Under the pieces are notes generated by a model. That model was not told where the DNA came from and ran no database searches. It saw only the letters and a list, made by a program, of their open reading frames with translations. Shown in pieces: positions 1 to 10,665 of a stretch of 64,000 nt of DNA. The stretch covers positions 13,020,001 through 13,084,000 of the forward strand of contig OZ193909.1 of assembly GCA_964276515.1 (NCBI GenBank), given 5' to 3'. Each line of letters opens with the position of its first letter. The stretch's first letter is position 1. This DNA is from Gordius albopunctatus. Its lineage: Eukaryota. The position numbers and the translations under genes were made by a program.

Positions 1-1
1 T

Positions 2-1232
2 CCTCCGCCCCTCCCACCACCGCCTCCACCCCCACTACCTGCCCCGACATCACTCATAAGCGACGATCATCATCAATTCCTACCCCCTCCACCCTCACTC
101 ACGAATACACCCACGGGAGGGACATTTTCCCCTCCTCCACCCCCACCACCCCTCTCCCTGGCTGAGCATGACTCTCTGGCAACTATAGGATACGTGGATG
201 AGCATGAAACTGACAACGTCGACCAAGTTTCGGTCAAAATAATGGTTGGCACTACTACCCCTCAGACCGGCGATTTTCATCGAGACAACCTGCTATCAGC
301 TATACGAACTGGTGAGGAATAATTGTCGATTAATGCATGGGCGTAGCCCCAGGATTTAAATTTGTGGGAGGCAATTTAATAATTTAAAGAGGGGAGGGTA
401 AAATGATTATTTTTCTAAAATTTTTGCAATAATTTCATGATATCCCTCTCTGCCTCTCCATGGCTACGCACATGATAAGATATCTATTGTGCCGTACGCA
501 GCAGCAGCATACATGCCTCTTTTATTTAGACGACTAAATTGAATTATAGCGCATTTTATTTGGTGCCATAATTATATATAAGGAGTTTGTTACTGGTTAA
601 GATTATCAATGCACATCCCCGCGCCCCCAAATCAAATGCGCTACTTTTATATCAATAATTCCTTGCTAGGGGAAGGGCTTGTTGGCCATTGACGGAATTT
701 AAATTGGAGAAGATGCATTGTTTTTACGATAGCGCATTTGGTTATTTTAAGAAAGTAGACCTTGGAATGTCCTTAGCAGCGCGTCGGTGATTTTGTTTTG
801 CATTTAATGTTAAACTACGTAATTTTACATTTTTATCTGCGCGAAGCAATTATTCGAATGATAAATTTTAAAAAGTATAGGAACGTTTTTAACTTTTTTT
901 CATTTCACGTCGAAATTTGTTTCTTATAAGGCGTCCCACTCAAGAAAGTTGAAAGCAGCGCTGCCCTCAGCAACGGACCTACGCCCGAGGCTTCTGCTCC
1001 GCTAGTTACCACTAAAGATAAAATCATCACGGCAGGGAAGGTTAACGGAGAAATTTTAAGTGGCCCGGCTGGCCGAACAACCATCATAACACCCAATACC
1101 ATGGCAGCCGGCATTGGTTCAACTTTGCCCACAGATGTGGCTTCTATACTAGCCCGACGCATAGCCGTGGAATACTCTGACACTGAAGACACGGAAGAAG
1201 GTTCCAGCGGAGAATGGGTGGAAAATACTTGA
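2..1232 (+). CDS. WASF: WAVE/SCAR (WASF) family actin nucleation-promoting factor, last two exons (2-311 partial, 931-1232)
   Basis: Frame 2 reads a poly-Pro region, then WH2 RDNLLSAIRTG. After a phase-1 GT-AG intron (312-930) it reads VPLKKVE ... DVASILARRIAVEYSDTEDTEEGSSGEWVENT*, the WAVE C and acidic/Trp motifs. AATAAA at 1428-1433. Not present in the ORF track. Confidence 0.93.
336..474. mobile_element. Degenerate hAT-family MITE in the WAVE intron
   Basis: Ends CATGGGCGTAGCC ... GGCTACGCACATG, same TIR family as 4058-4213; TSD not preserved. Confidence 0.55.
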
Positions 1233-1845
1233 ATTTAGCCCACTTCACTCCACTAGACTGCGCCCGCTCGCTTATTTTCTATACTGTTTCTATAGCCATT
1301 TATATACTTTTCATGTACAAATCATGGGGTTAAATCATGTTGTGATCGATTCTTTTACTATGTATGTATCACTTCCACGCTCCCTAGCCTTGGATACCTC
1401 GCTTAGAAATGTCTTATTTTATACACTAATAAATACGCTTTTTTAAAATGCGAGGGGCACGTCGGTTATATTGTTCATAATTTTTAAGCTATTTTTAAGG
1501 ACGTTTTTGGTGATTATCGTTATTTTTAATTATGAATTCTAAGTAACCCTATCTTTTTAGCCATTTTGCTTAAGTTTCTTAGGATTAAGCACATATAGCT
1601 TTGTATTTTAAGAACACATTCTGACCATAAAATTTATTTCAATTATATATAATTTTTTTATCGCCTAACGCACGACCTTTTATTCGCTTTCTAGTAACTT
1701 ATAGTACTTACCCAGCAACCATTCACTGAACTTAGCCTAAAGAATAGAATTTGTTTATGGTCAGCTTATATAATGGAGTCTCAATCTTACAACATATTTC
1801 CTAGAATTTTATTGGTGTCTATTCATCATTATTATCTATTTTCGA

Positions 1846-3288
1846 TTAACTACTGCTTATTTTGAGACGACTCGGACAACTATCTCTAACATTTTTGTCG
1901 TCAGCTAACCACATTCCCGTTTTCCTTAATTCCATCCACGTGAATATTGCTATAGTGATTACTATAAAGGCTCCTACAATTGCAATTGGCCACATCTGTT
2001 CCCACAACGTCTTGCTAGTCTCCATTTTCTGTTCACGCTGCTGATCTACTAAGTATTGACTGTAAGAATCCGTCATATTACGGGAGAGTTCATTGAGATA
2101 AGTAAGCGTGTCAACACTAAGATGTTTGTTTGGACCGGTATTGTCAAGTTTAGAAGACCCTTTGAAGAGTAAACTAGCTATATCGGCGCTCAAATTATTT
2201 TTTTGCCGAACTTCGTTGGAGTCTAGACTATGGGGGTGATCAGTTTTAAAGTCCTTTGTGATCCCATCATCGATGCAGGAATGCTCCCGTAAAAAGTTTG
2301 AGATATTAGCTGCCCCGTAAACGCTTAGACTTGGGGTAGAAATGCAAATTGTTTCGGCCACGTGTTGACCTAAACGATCTAAGTCGGTGTCGTCTTGCGT
2401 CGAGCTAGGCACGTTAAGGGATGCCCTACTGAGAGCCACACCCAACCTTACGTAGCCGTAGAAGATGTGCATAAGATTACATGTGCATTGCAAGGGATTG
2501 TGGGAAAGGAAGATTATCGAATTCCGAATAGACATCGAAGCGCTATCTATTTGCAATATAGCATTGTTTGAAAGATCAACCAATTCTATCCTAGCGGGTA
2601 GTGATGCGTTAAACCCGTTTAAATTATTGGAATGTAAATCTAACGCCTTTAAATTGCTCAAGTTTGCAAAAACATCTGCGCTTAAACTTTGAAGATTGTT
2701 GCAACATAGATCTAATTTTTCCAGCATCGCGAAAGTTTTACCCGGAACTAATGGGAAGCCTAAACTTGTCAAATGATTTTCCCCTAAATCCAAAGATTTT
2801 AATTCAATCAGGTGCTCAAAATAATAAAACTTGACACTCGATAATAGGTTGCGCCTCAAACTAAGATGCTTGAGGTTGGATGTGTGGATGAATGCATCTT
2901 TTTGTAAATCTTTAATTTCACCTGATATCCAAGCAAACCGACTCAGATTAAAAAGTGATGCTAGGAGTCTTAAAAGCTCTCCTTGAACAATTGGAAAACT
3001 AATATCGTGAAGGGTTACGTTGCTTACATTACGATTAGGATACAGTTTATGAACGAAGGCTAGCATTTTTGAATAGGACGTCCTTTGGCAGTTTAATGAA
3101 TTATAATCAAAATGACACTCAAGATTTTTTGTAATGTGGGTAGATTTTGACAGTAAAGGTTTAGAAGTTGTGTAATTTGGCGACATATTTAAAGAGTTGT
3201 GAGTGACAGAGGTAGTCAGATTTGTTGTCACTATAAAATCCATATCTGACAAAGCCTTGAGTAATAGTACATAAATAATTTTGATCAT
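1846..3288 (-). CDS. Single-exon leucine-rich-repeat type I membrane protein (480 aa), no TIR domain
   Basis: Repeated LxxLxLxxNxL units, LRRCT-like NPLQCTCNL, hydrophobic N-terminus, transmembrane segment WPIAIVGAFIVITIAIFTW, and a cytoplasmic tail of about 28 aa. Confidence 0.85.
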   Translation of the reverse strand: MIKIIYVLLLKALSDMDFIVTTNLTTSVTHNSLNMSPNYTTSKPLLSKSTHITKNLECHFDYNSLNCQRTSYSKMLAFVHKLYPNRNVSNVTLHDISFPIVQGELLRLLASLFNLSRFAWISGEIKDLQKDAFIHTSNLKHLSLRRNLLSSVKFYYFEHLIELKSLDLGENHLTSLGFPLVPGKTFAMLEKLDLCCNNLQSLSADVFANLSNLKALDLHSNNLNGFNASLPARIELVDLSNNAILQIDSASMSIRNSIIFLSHNPLQCTCNLMHIFYGYVRLGVALSRASLNVPSSTQDDTDLDRLGQHVAETICISTPSLSVYGAANISNFLREHSCIDDGITKDFKTDHPHSLDSNEVRQKNNLSADIASLLFKGSSKLDNTGPNKHLSVDTLTYLNELSRNMTDSYSQYLVDQQREQKMETSKTLWEQMWPIAIVGAFIVITIAIFTWMELRKTGMWLADDKNVRDSCPSRLKISSS

Positions 3289-3437
3289 AAAGATTGAATG
3301 CTAGTATAAATAAAGACTAATTAGAATATATAAATCTATACTAACTCATTTTTAAACAATGGGCTATATACTATTGTTGGTAAGTTGTTTTTTATTAAAT
3401 CATTAAGATATCACATTTTCGCCGTATTAATTTATAA

Positions 3438-3780
3438 TCTTATATATAAAAATGAAACTATGTATGTGTGTATGTACATATGCCGCCACCAATTTTGGAA
3501 AACTACCAGACCGATTTGTCTCAAAATTTCACAGTTTATTCCTGACATTCCGGAGCATGTTTAAGATTTGTTCGAGCCAAATCGGTCAAGTAGTTTCCGA
3601 GTATTCGTACGCGTTGCACTGTATACGATAGAACAATAGAAGTAGAAAATATAGACATCAAACTTTATTTTTACTTCAATAACCGCTTTATCATCATATA
3701 TGCCCTAAAATTCTAACATAATTTAATACACCCGGGTGACCCGGGTAAATGGCAAAACAACGTTTGCCGGGTTCATCTAA
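3438..3780 (+). mobile_element. Non-autonomous Helitron
   Basis: 5' A|TC-TTATATATAAAA start, TATG microsatellite, 3' hairpin GGCAAAACAACGTTTGCC followed by CTAA|T; near-identical reverse copy at 16447-16665. Confidence 0.8.
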
Positions 3781-4057
3781 TATATTTATATGGCTTGTTT
3801 CTTATTAAATCAATGCCTCAAAATGTTTTTAGGCTTTTTGAAGCGCCTCTATGTAAATAACTCTAATCTTGACCTACTATGATGGATTCTTAGGAATAAA
3901 CCTTAAGGGTAACATGATCCGATACGTAATAGTACAGCCTTTACAAAAAAGATAAATTGTTTAGAGAGTATATTTATTCATAACATGAAATTTAACTGCT
4001 TAATATTAAGTATATGTTTGAAGTTTGAACCGAATAACAATTTTAAACAAATACTCT

Positions 4058-4213
4058 CATGGGGCGTACCCAGGTTTTGAATTAGGGGGGGGGGGTAAAA
4101 CGTTAAAGTTCATTTAGAGGGGGGCAAAACGTAATTTTTTTTTAATTTTTCAATGTTTTTGCATTGAAAATATTTTTTCTCGTAAATTACCCCCCCCCCT
4201 GGGTACGCCCATG
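4058..4213. mobile_element. hAT MITE
   Basis: TIRs CATGGG(G)CGTACCCAGG / CCTGGGTACGCCCATG; perfect 8-bp TSD AATACTCT (4050-4057, 4214-4221). Confidence 0.9.
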
Positions 4214-5096
4214 AATACTCTATATAAAAATTAAATTCAACTTGAGCATAAGAAGCTCTAATTTTTACAATACATTAAAAAAATTAAAAACTTTCTGGAA
4301 CATTTTTATTTGTTGAGTCAATAATTTTTGTATATAAGCTTACATCTATAAATTACGTAGCAATATGTCCATTTTAAGCAAAATATTTATAAAATGATTT
4401 CACGTAAAAGTGTTATTTCAAATAATATTGAGATTACAGAAAAAATTGAATAGTATTAAAAGAAGGAATACTAACTTTTGTTTAAAGCGAAAAGTATAAA
4501 TCAAGATCATTGTTAAAAATGCATAATTTGCATGTTGGACTATAAATAATTTTGTGATGGTGTGAAATTTTAAACAAATAACTCTCTATAAGGTTTATGC
4601 TTATAGTCATCCCAAAATAGAATATTGATTAATTTGTAAGCGATCGAAATACAGCATTGATATCAATTACTTTGGTAGCAATAAGATATTTTAATTTGCC
4701 TCGTTATCATTTTAAACTCAATTACTCAAATTTTTTTGAAAACACATTGCTCCTATTCTGCTTCTGAGCTTATTGAAGTACTAATTATTTAATCTTAGCT
4801 AAGGACACATGTATCAAAGCTAACGACAATTTGGCATACCATAACTACTGCTATTTTATTGGTGTACCCAAGTTGCGCGATTGGACATAACAACATAGTG
4901 ACCGGGTTTTCTATATAAAACTGTTTGCGGGTTTGTTGACTGCCATTCAGAGGCATAGGCAGAATTTCTTTTGGAAGGGGGGGGGGGGTAGGTTAAAAAG
5001 TTTCTTTAAACATCTAGTAAATTTTGTATGTTGTTAAAATAGATTTAGTTCTTTAATAAAATATTTATATACGGGCGTAACATCGTCGTGAGTTTA

Positions 5097-5892
5097 TGAT
5101 CTTCGCGCTTTTAAAAATAGATGCTTGGGATACTTGGAGAAGTTTATCCCCTTCTTTGTTCTTCAGACCACGCCCATAGCCTCCATGATTGCGTTCATAC
5201 CCGAGGCGATCTTTCCAACGTGAGCGTTGAAATCTGCCCCAATAATTACCCTTTCTTCCTGTCCTATTCCTTGTATTTCCTTTTCCAATGAATCGAAGAA
5301 TATGTCTTTCTCTGATTCCAAACATCCAATTTGGGGGGCATACGCGCACATAACGGTTAGGAGGCCCCCTTGATCTGCAATCTTTACCCACATTAGCCTG
5401 TCGAAACAACGCTTTACTTCCACCACCTTGTCCTTGAACGATTCACTTAGAACGATACCGACCCCGTTTCTACGATTTGATGACCCACTGTAGAAAAGCT
5501 TGTATCCTTCTCCTAATTCCCGAGTTTTCGTTCCGTTCCACCTCGTCTCTTGTAGGCAGGCGATGTGTACCTTTCTTCTTTTTAGCATGTGTGCGACCTC
5601 GATGCTCTTCCCCGTCAACGTTCCCACATTCCAACACGTAATTTGCATTCTTTGCACAACTAGTTTCCTTAACCGCCTTCGTTGCGAGTTGGGCAGTAAC
5701 CCTAGTGTATTTTTCACATTGCACGGGCGGGGTATGCAGTGCGCGTCGTTTGTGGAGGACGCCCTAGCCTTTTCTTGTAAAATCCTGTTTGAAACTATCA
5801 TAGTTTTGGAGTTGATTTTTATAGCCGGTTTCCGACCTGACGCCAACCCTCCACTTTTTGCACACGGACTTGGGACCGTCGTAGGTAGTGTT
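5097..5892 (-). mobile_element. RTE-clade LINE, 5' fragment (5' leader plus AP endonuclease), lacking the 3' part
   Basis: ORF 5163-5846 has APE motifs TCWNVGTL, IACLQETRW, YAPQ, GADFNAHVG; highly similar to 36278-37010. Confidence 0.92.
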
Positions 5893-5893
5893 A
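5841..5893 (-). ncRNA. Type-P1 twister ribozyme at the LINE 5' end, core intact
   Basis: T|AA CACT ACCTACG ACGG TCCCAAGT CCGT GTGCAAAA AGTG G AGGG TTGGCG aligns position by position with the rice Osa-1-4 twister: P2 CACT/AGTG, P4 ACGG/CCGT, T1 CCC/GGG, T2 AC/GT. Catalytic A at 5892 and G at 5851. Confidence 0.88.
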
Positions 5894-6217
5894 TAGTTTA
5901 CTCTACTTATTCACTTAAAAATAATGAATTAAAATAATTTTATCAAGGGTATTTTATTTTCTTACATATCGCCTGTTCATTTAAAGGTGTTTCCACATTC
6001 TGAGCTTACTTCATTACACATTAATGCCAAACATATTTAACAAATCAATGTTTAAACTATTTTGTTTAATTTGCCTGAAAATAAGTATGCAATCATCAAG
6101 TTTATAGATATCGATTAAGAATATATAGTCCATTTTGTTTTATAGTTTATTATCAGCAAGGATGAGTAGACGTGATTAAAATAATTAGGTGAAATGAAGT
6201 GAAATCTTTCTAATCGT

Positions 6218-7870
6218 CAAGCGCGTAGGGAAGGGGGGGGGGTTCGGGTTTGAACCCCCCCCCCCTCCTCCTGGATATTATTTTTTTTCAAAACACAACA
6301 CAAAATTATTGACAACACAAAATTATTGATAATCATGATTATAATTAATTTAGCTAGTGTCAAGTGCTGCGTTTATATATATATATATATATGTTAAAAA
6401 ATTAAGTCGACAAGTTAATAAATTTTGAATTTCGGAATTTGTATTTTTGATTAAAAGCTTCCAAACTGATCTTATTTGTAAATTTAAGTTCCGCGCCTTA
6501 TTATGAAGCGATATTCCATTTATACATACTTCCCTAAAAAGAGTAACATTTGCATTTCTGAGGAGAAAGATACAAATAGTCTTGTCAAAAAAAATCACTG
6601 ATTTTATATCAACCCCCAAAAGATTTAATCTTTTCACTTCTAAAGTATTGTCATTGTCGGATAACCCTAAATTCACAAAATTAATATCACTGTGTGAAAC
6701 TAGATGGACACAAAAGCACAATTCTGTTCAAAGATTCTGTGAAGCGAAGGAAGCAATATTTGCTACCTTGGAGGAGATGTGTGAATGGGACGATGAAGAA
6801 TCATCGTCCAATGCGGCGATTTTGCTTTCATCATTAAGGACATCCAACTTTTGGCTGTCTTTGTACATGCTAAATCAAATTTTCTCTTACACTATTAATC
6901 TTAGCAATTATTTGCAAAGGATTAATATAGACCTTTCTCAGGCCATAAATGCAGCCGAAAATGCGTTTATACAGATTCAAAATTTGCGGGAAAATTCCCA
7001 AGAAGAATTTAGAACAATCTACAATGATGTCTCGTCACTAAGAGATATATATGATTTCAAAATTACTATTCCTAGGAGAGCCTTACGACAAACTCTTCGT
7101 TCAAACATTGAAACATCTTGTCCAGAAACTTATTACAGAGTTTCGTTGCATAACTCCTTTTTAGATGCGGTTTTGGTGGAACTTGATGAAAGGTTTCTAA
7201 AAAACAAGCAAATACTGTTGGGATTTGATTCCCTTCTAATTAAGTCCCCAGTCATGCTCTCAAAAGAGATATTAAATAACTTTCTTCAATTGGCAAATTT
7301 TTATGAAGAAGATCTTGACGGCTCTCAAGAACAATTCAAATCGGATATTAAATTGTGGTATCAGTCGTTCAAGGACTGTGAATTAGAGAATTTGCCTACC
7401 AATGCTGCATTGGAAACATTAACCAATCATGCGTCCAAATTAAAATTATATCCAAATATAAAAACATTATATCATATTTTAGCCACACTCCCCGTTACAA
7501 CATGCTCTAATAAGAGATGTTTTTCAGCTTTAAAAAGACTAAAAACTTACCTCAGGAACACAATGGGACAAGAAAGGTAAATTAAATGGTTTTACTAATT
7601 TTTAATTTAGGCTTACTGGATTAACCTTGTTAAATGTACATAGACAATATACCCCCAAAACAGAAGATATTATTAATGCATTTTTATCTAAAAAACGTCG
7701 ATATTAATTGTTTATAGTTTTTAAATATTTTGTTATATTATAATTTATTTTTGTTGTATTTTTACTTTACTTTCAATAATATATGTCGAAAATAAAATTA
7801 CTTCCAAAAAAATATGGCTTCAAAAATTTTAAACCCCCCCCCCCTCTAGCAAATCCTGGCTACGCCCTTG
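6218..7870 (+). mobile_element. Internally deleted hAT DNA transposon
   Basis: 8-bp TSD CTAATCGT (6210-6217, 7871-7878); imperfect TIRs CAAGCGCGTAGG / CCTGGCTACGCCCTTG; contains a transposase C-terminal half. Confidence 0.9.
6582..7707 (+). pseudogene. hAT transposase C-terminal part (ZMYM1/THAP12-like), exons 6582-7576 and 7611-7707
   Basis: LCETRW motif and dimerization domain LPVTTCSNKRCFSALKRLKTYLRNTMGQER|LTGLTLLNVHR, joined by a 34-nt GT-AG intron (7577-7610); N-terminus missing. Confidence 0.85.
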
Positions 7871-8261
7871 CTAATCGTTCACGACAAACTTCTCCAACAC
7901 TATCTTAAATAGTCTTTCACATTTATACGATGAATCATTGCATTCTATTAACTTATTCATAATCAGCAAATCCTCCAATTTCAATCCTAAACATATAATT
8001 TATAATACTAGATATTCAATATTTTAATGGCCGGTGCTCAACTTGTTCTACCATTATACTCATCTCGATAAATTTAAGAAATGACACCAAAAACTTCTTG
8101 TACTTATCAGGTAATTTCTGCGTTCAAAATTTAACTATATTTTTTTCCTAATTTTACCTTGCACAGCAGCTATACAATAAGGTCGGGATCTAAGGTTTTC
8201 AAACCCAATATCATTGCATACGCGCTATTATAAGAATTGTGCTTCTCCATAAGATTCTAGC

Positions 8262-8297
<36 letters not shown>

Positions 8298-8536
8298 CGG
8301 GACTTCGGCCCTCGTGGGAAGGGGGAAGGGGAGGAGGGGAGGGAAGGGGGAACTCATCTACACTCTGTATAAATGTATCATATTTGCTATGCAATTTATG
8401 GAAATACTTACGTGAATATTGCAAAACGAAGGTTGGAAGCACTAAATAAGTGTATATGCCAAATATCATGAAGGGGGAGAGAGGGAGCGAAGGGGAAGCT
8501 TTATGGTTAGTTAAATTCTACGGGAGTTGTATTACC

Positions 8537-9420
8537 AAAAAGTCATAATAGCAATGGTAGGAACAGGAACAATCATAATAGTCAAAAAAAACGAAAAAAA
8601 AATTTTCGAATCACATTTTGGCCAAAGGTCATTTTTTTCCATTGGTCAGCAGCCAGGACACGGTAAAAGTGGATATAAATTCATAATAGTCAAAAAAAAA
8701 CAAAAAAAAAGTTTTCGAATCACATTTTGGCCAATGGTTATTTTATTCCATTGGTCAGCAGCCAGCGGACGGCCAAAAAGTCATAATAGCAATGGTAGGA
8801 ACAGGAACAATCATAATAGTCAAAAAAAACGGAAAAAATAATTTCGATTCACATTTTGGCCAATGGTCATTTTTTCCATTGGTCAGCAGCCAGGACACGG
8901 TAAAAGTGGATATAAATTCATAACAGTCAAAAAAAACGAAAAAAAAGTTTTCGAATCACATTTTGGCCAATGGTTATTTTATTCCATTGGTCAGCAGCCA
9001 GCGGACGGCCAAAAAGTCATAATAGCAATGGTAGGAACAGGAACAATCATAATAGTCAAAAAAAAACGGAAAAAATAATTTCGATTCACATTTTGGCCAA
9101 TGGTCATTTTTTTCCATTGGTCAGCAGCCAGGACACGGTAAAAGTGGATATAAATTCATAACAGTCAAAAAAAAACGAAAAAAAAATTTTCGAATCACAT
9201 TTTGGCCAATGGTCATTTTATTCCATTGGTCGGCACCCAGCGGACGGCCAAAAAGTCATAATAGCAATGGTAGGAACAGGAACAATCATAATAGTCAAAA
9301 AAAACGAAAAAATAAACTCGGATACACATTTTGGCCAATGGTCATTTTTTTCATTGGTCAGCAGCCAGCGGACGGCCAAAAAGTCTTATTATCATTGATA
9401 GTAACAAGAACAATCATAAG
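8537..9420. repeat. Tandem array, about 235-240-bp higher-order unit made of two related halves of about 120 bp
   Basis: AAAAGTCATAATAGCAATGGTAGGAACAGG recurs near 8537, 8777, 9012 and 9251. Confidence 0.9.
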
Positions 9421-9639
9421 AGTCAAAAAAAACTCCGGGATTCTAACCCAAAAACTAGATAAATTGCATAGCAATTATTAAAAAGTATAGGGTAATTATC
9501 AATGTTAACCTATTCAAAAACGAACAAAAAATTTCGATTTATTTGGCCAATGGTAATTTTTTTCAATTATCAATGTTAACCTATTCAAAAAGGAAAAACG
9601 AAAAATTAGGAATTAATTGGCCAATGTTCATTTTTTCAT

Positions 9640-10665
9640 TGCTCAGTAGCCAGCGGACGGTCAAAAAGTCATATTATCAATGGTATTAACAAGAACAAAA
9701 TATTAAATTAATTAAAAAAATAAAAATTTTGCCCTCTCCGGGATTCGAACCCACATTAAATAGAGGCATAAGCCTTTGGAGGGGAACAGGGAACCATATA
9801 AATAGAGCCATAGGCCCTTGTAGGGGAGGGCATAGGGTAATTATCAATGTTAAACTATTCAAAAACGAAAAATTAAAAATTTCGATTTATCTGGCCAGTG
9901 GTCATTTTTTCATTGGTCAGTAGCCTGCGGACGGTAAAAAATTCATATTATCAATGGTATTAACAAGAACAATATATTAATTTAATTTAAAAAAAAAATA
10001 AAAATTTTTGTCCTCTCCGGGTCTCGAACCATCAATTTAGAACGTTCGCCGGGATTCAAACCCACATTAAATAGAGGCATAAGCCTTTGGAGGGGAACAG
10101 GGAACCATATAAATAGAGCCATAGGCTCTTGTAGGGGAGGGCATAGGGTAATTATCAATGTTAAACTATTCAAAAACGAAAAATTTCGATTTATCTGGCC
10201 AGTGGTCATTTTTTCATTGGTCAGTAGCCTGCGGACGGTAAAAAATTCATATTATCAATGGTATTAACAAGAACAATATATTAATTTAATTAAAAAAAAA
10301 TAAAAATTTTTGTCCTCTCCGGGTCTCGAACCATCAATTTAGAACGTTCGCCGGGATTCAAACCCACATTAAATAGAGGCATAAGCCTTTGGAGGGGAAA
10401 GGGAACCATATAAATAGAGCCATAGGCCCTTGTAGGGGAGGGCATAGGGTAATTATCAATGTTAAACTATTCAAAAACGAAAAATTAAAAATTTCGATTT
10501 ATCTGGCCAGTGGTCATTTTTTCATTGGTCAGTAGCCTGCGGACGGTCAAAAAGTCATATTATCAATGGTATTAACAAGAACAAAATATTAATTTAATTT
10601 AAAAAAAAAAAAATTTTGTCCTCTCCGGGTCTCGAACCCGCAACCTCCAGGTCGGGAAGCTGGTG
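9640..10665. repeat. Tandem array, about 270-310-bp units containing tRNA T-arm/B-box motifs on the minus strand
   Basis: CATATTATCAATGGTATTAACAAGAAC recurs four times; CCGGGATTCGAACCC and CCGGGTCTCGAACC occur in the units. Confidence 0.85.

Noticed and set aside
95..1192. Minus-strand ORFs 95-280 and 905-1192
   Set aside because: Antisense shadows of the WAVE exons.
8527..10209. Short ORFs in the tandem arrays (MVILFHWSAASG... and similar)
   Set aside because: By-products of repeats with frame-shifting A-runs; no protein signal.
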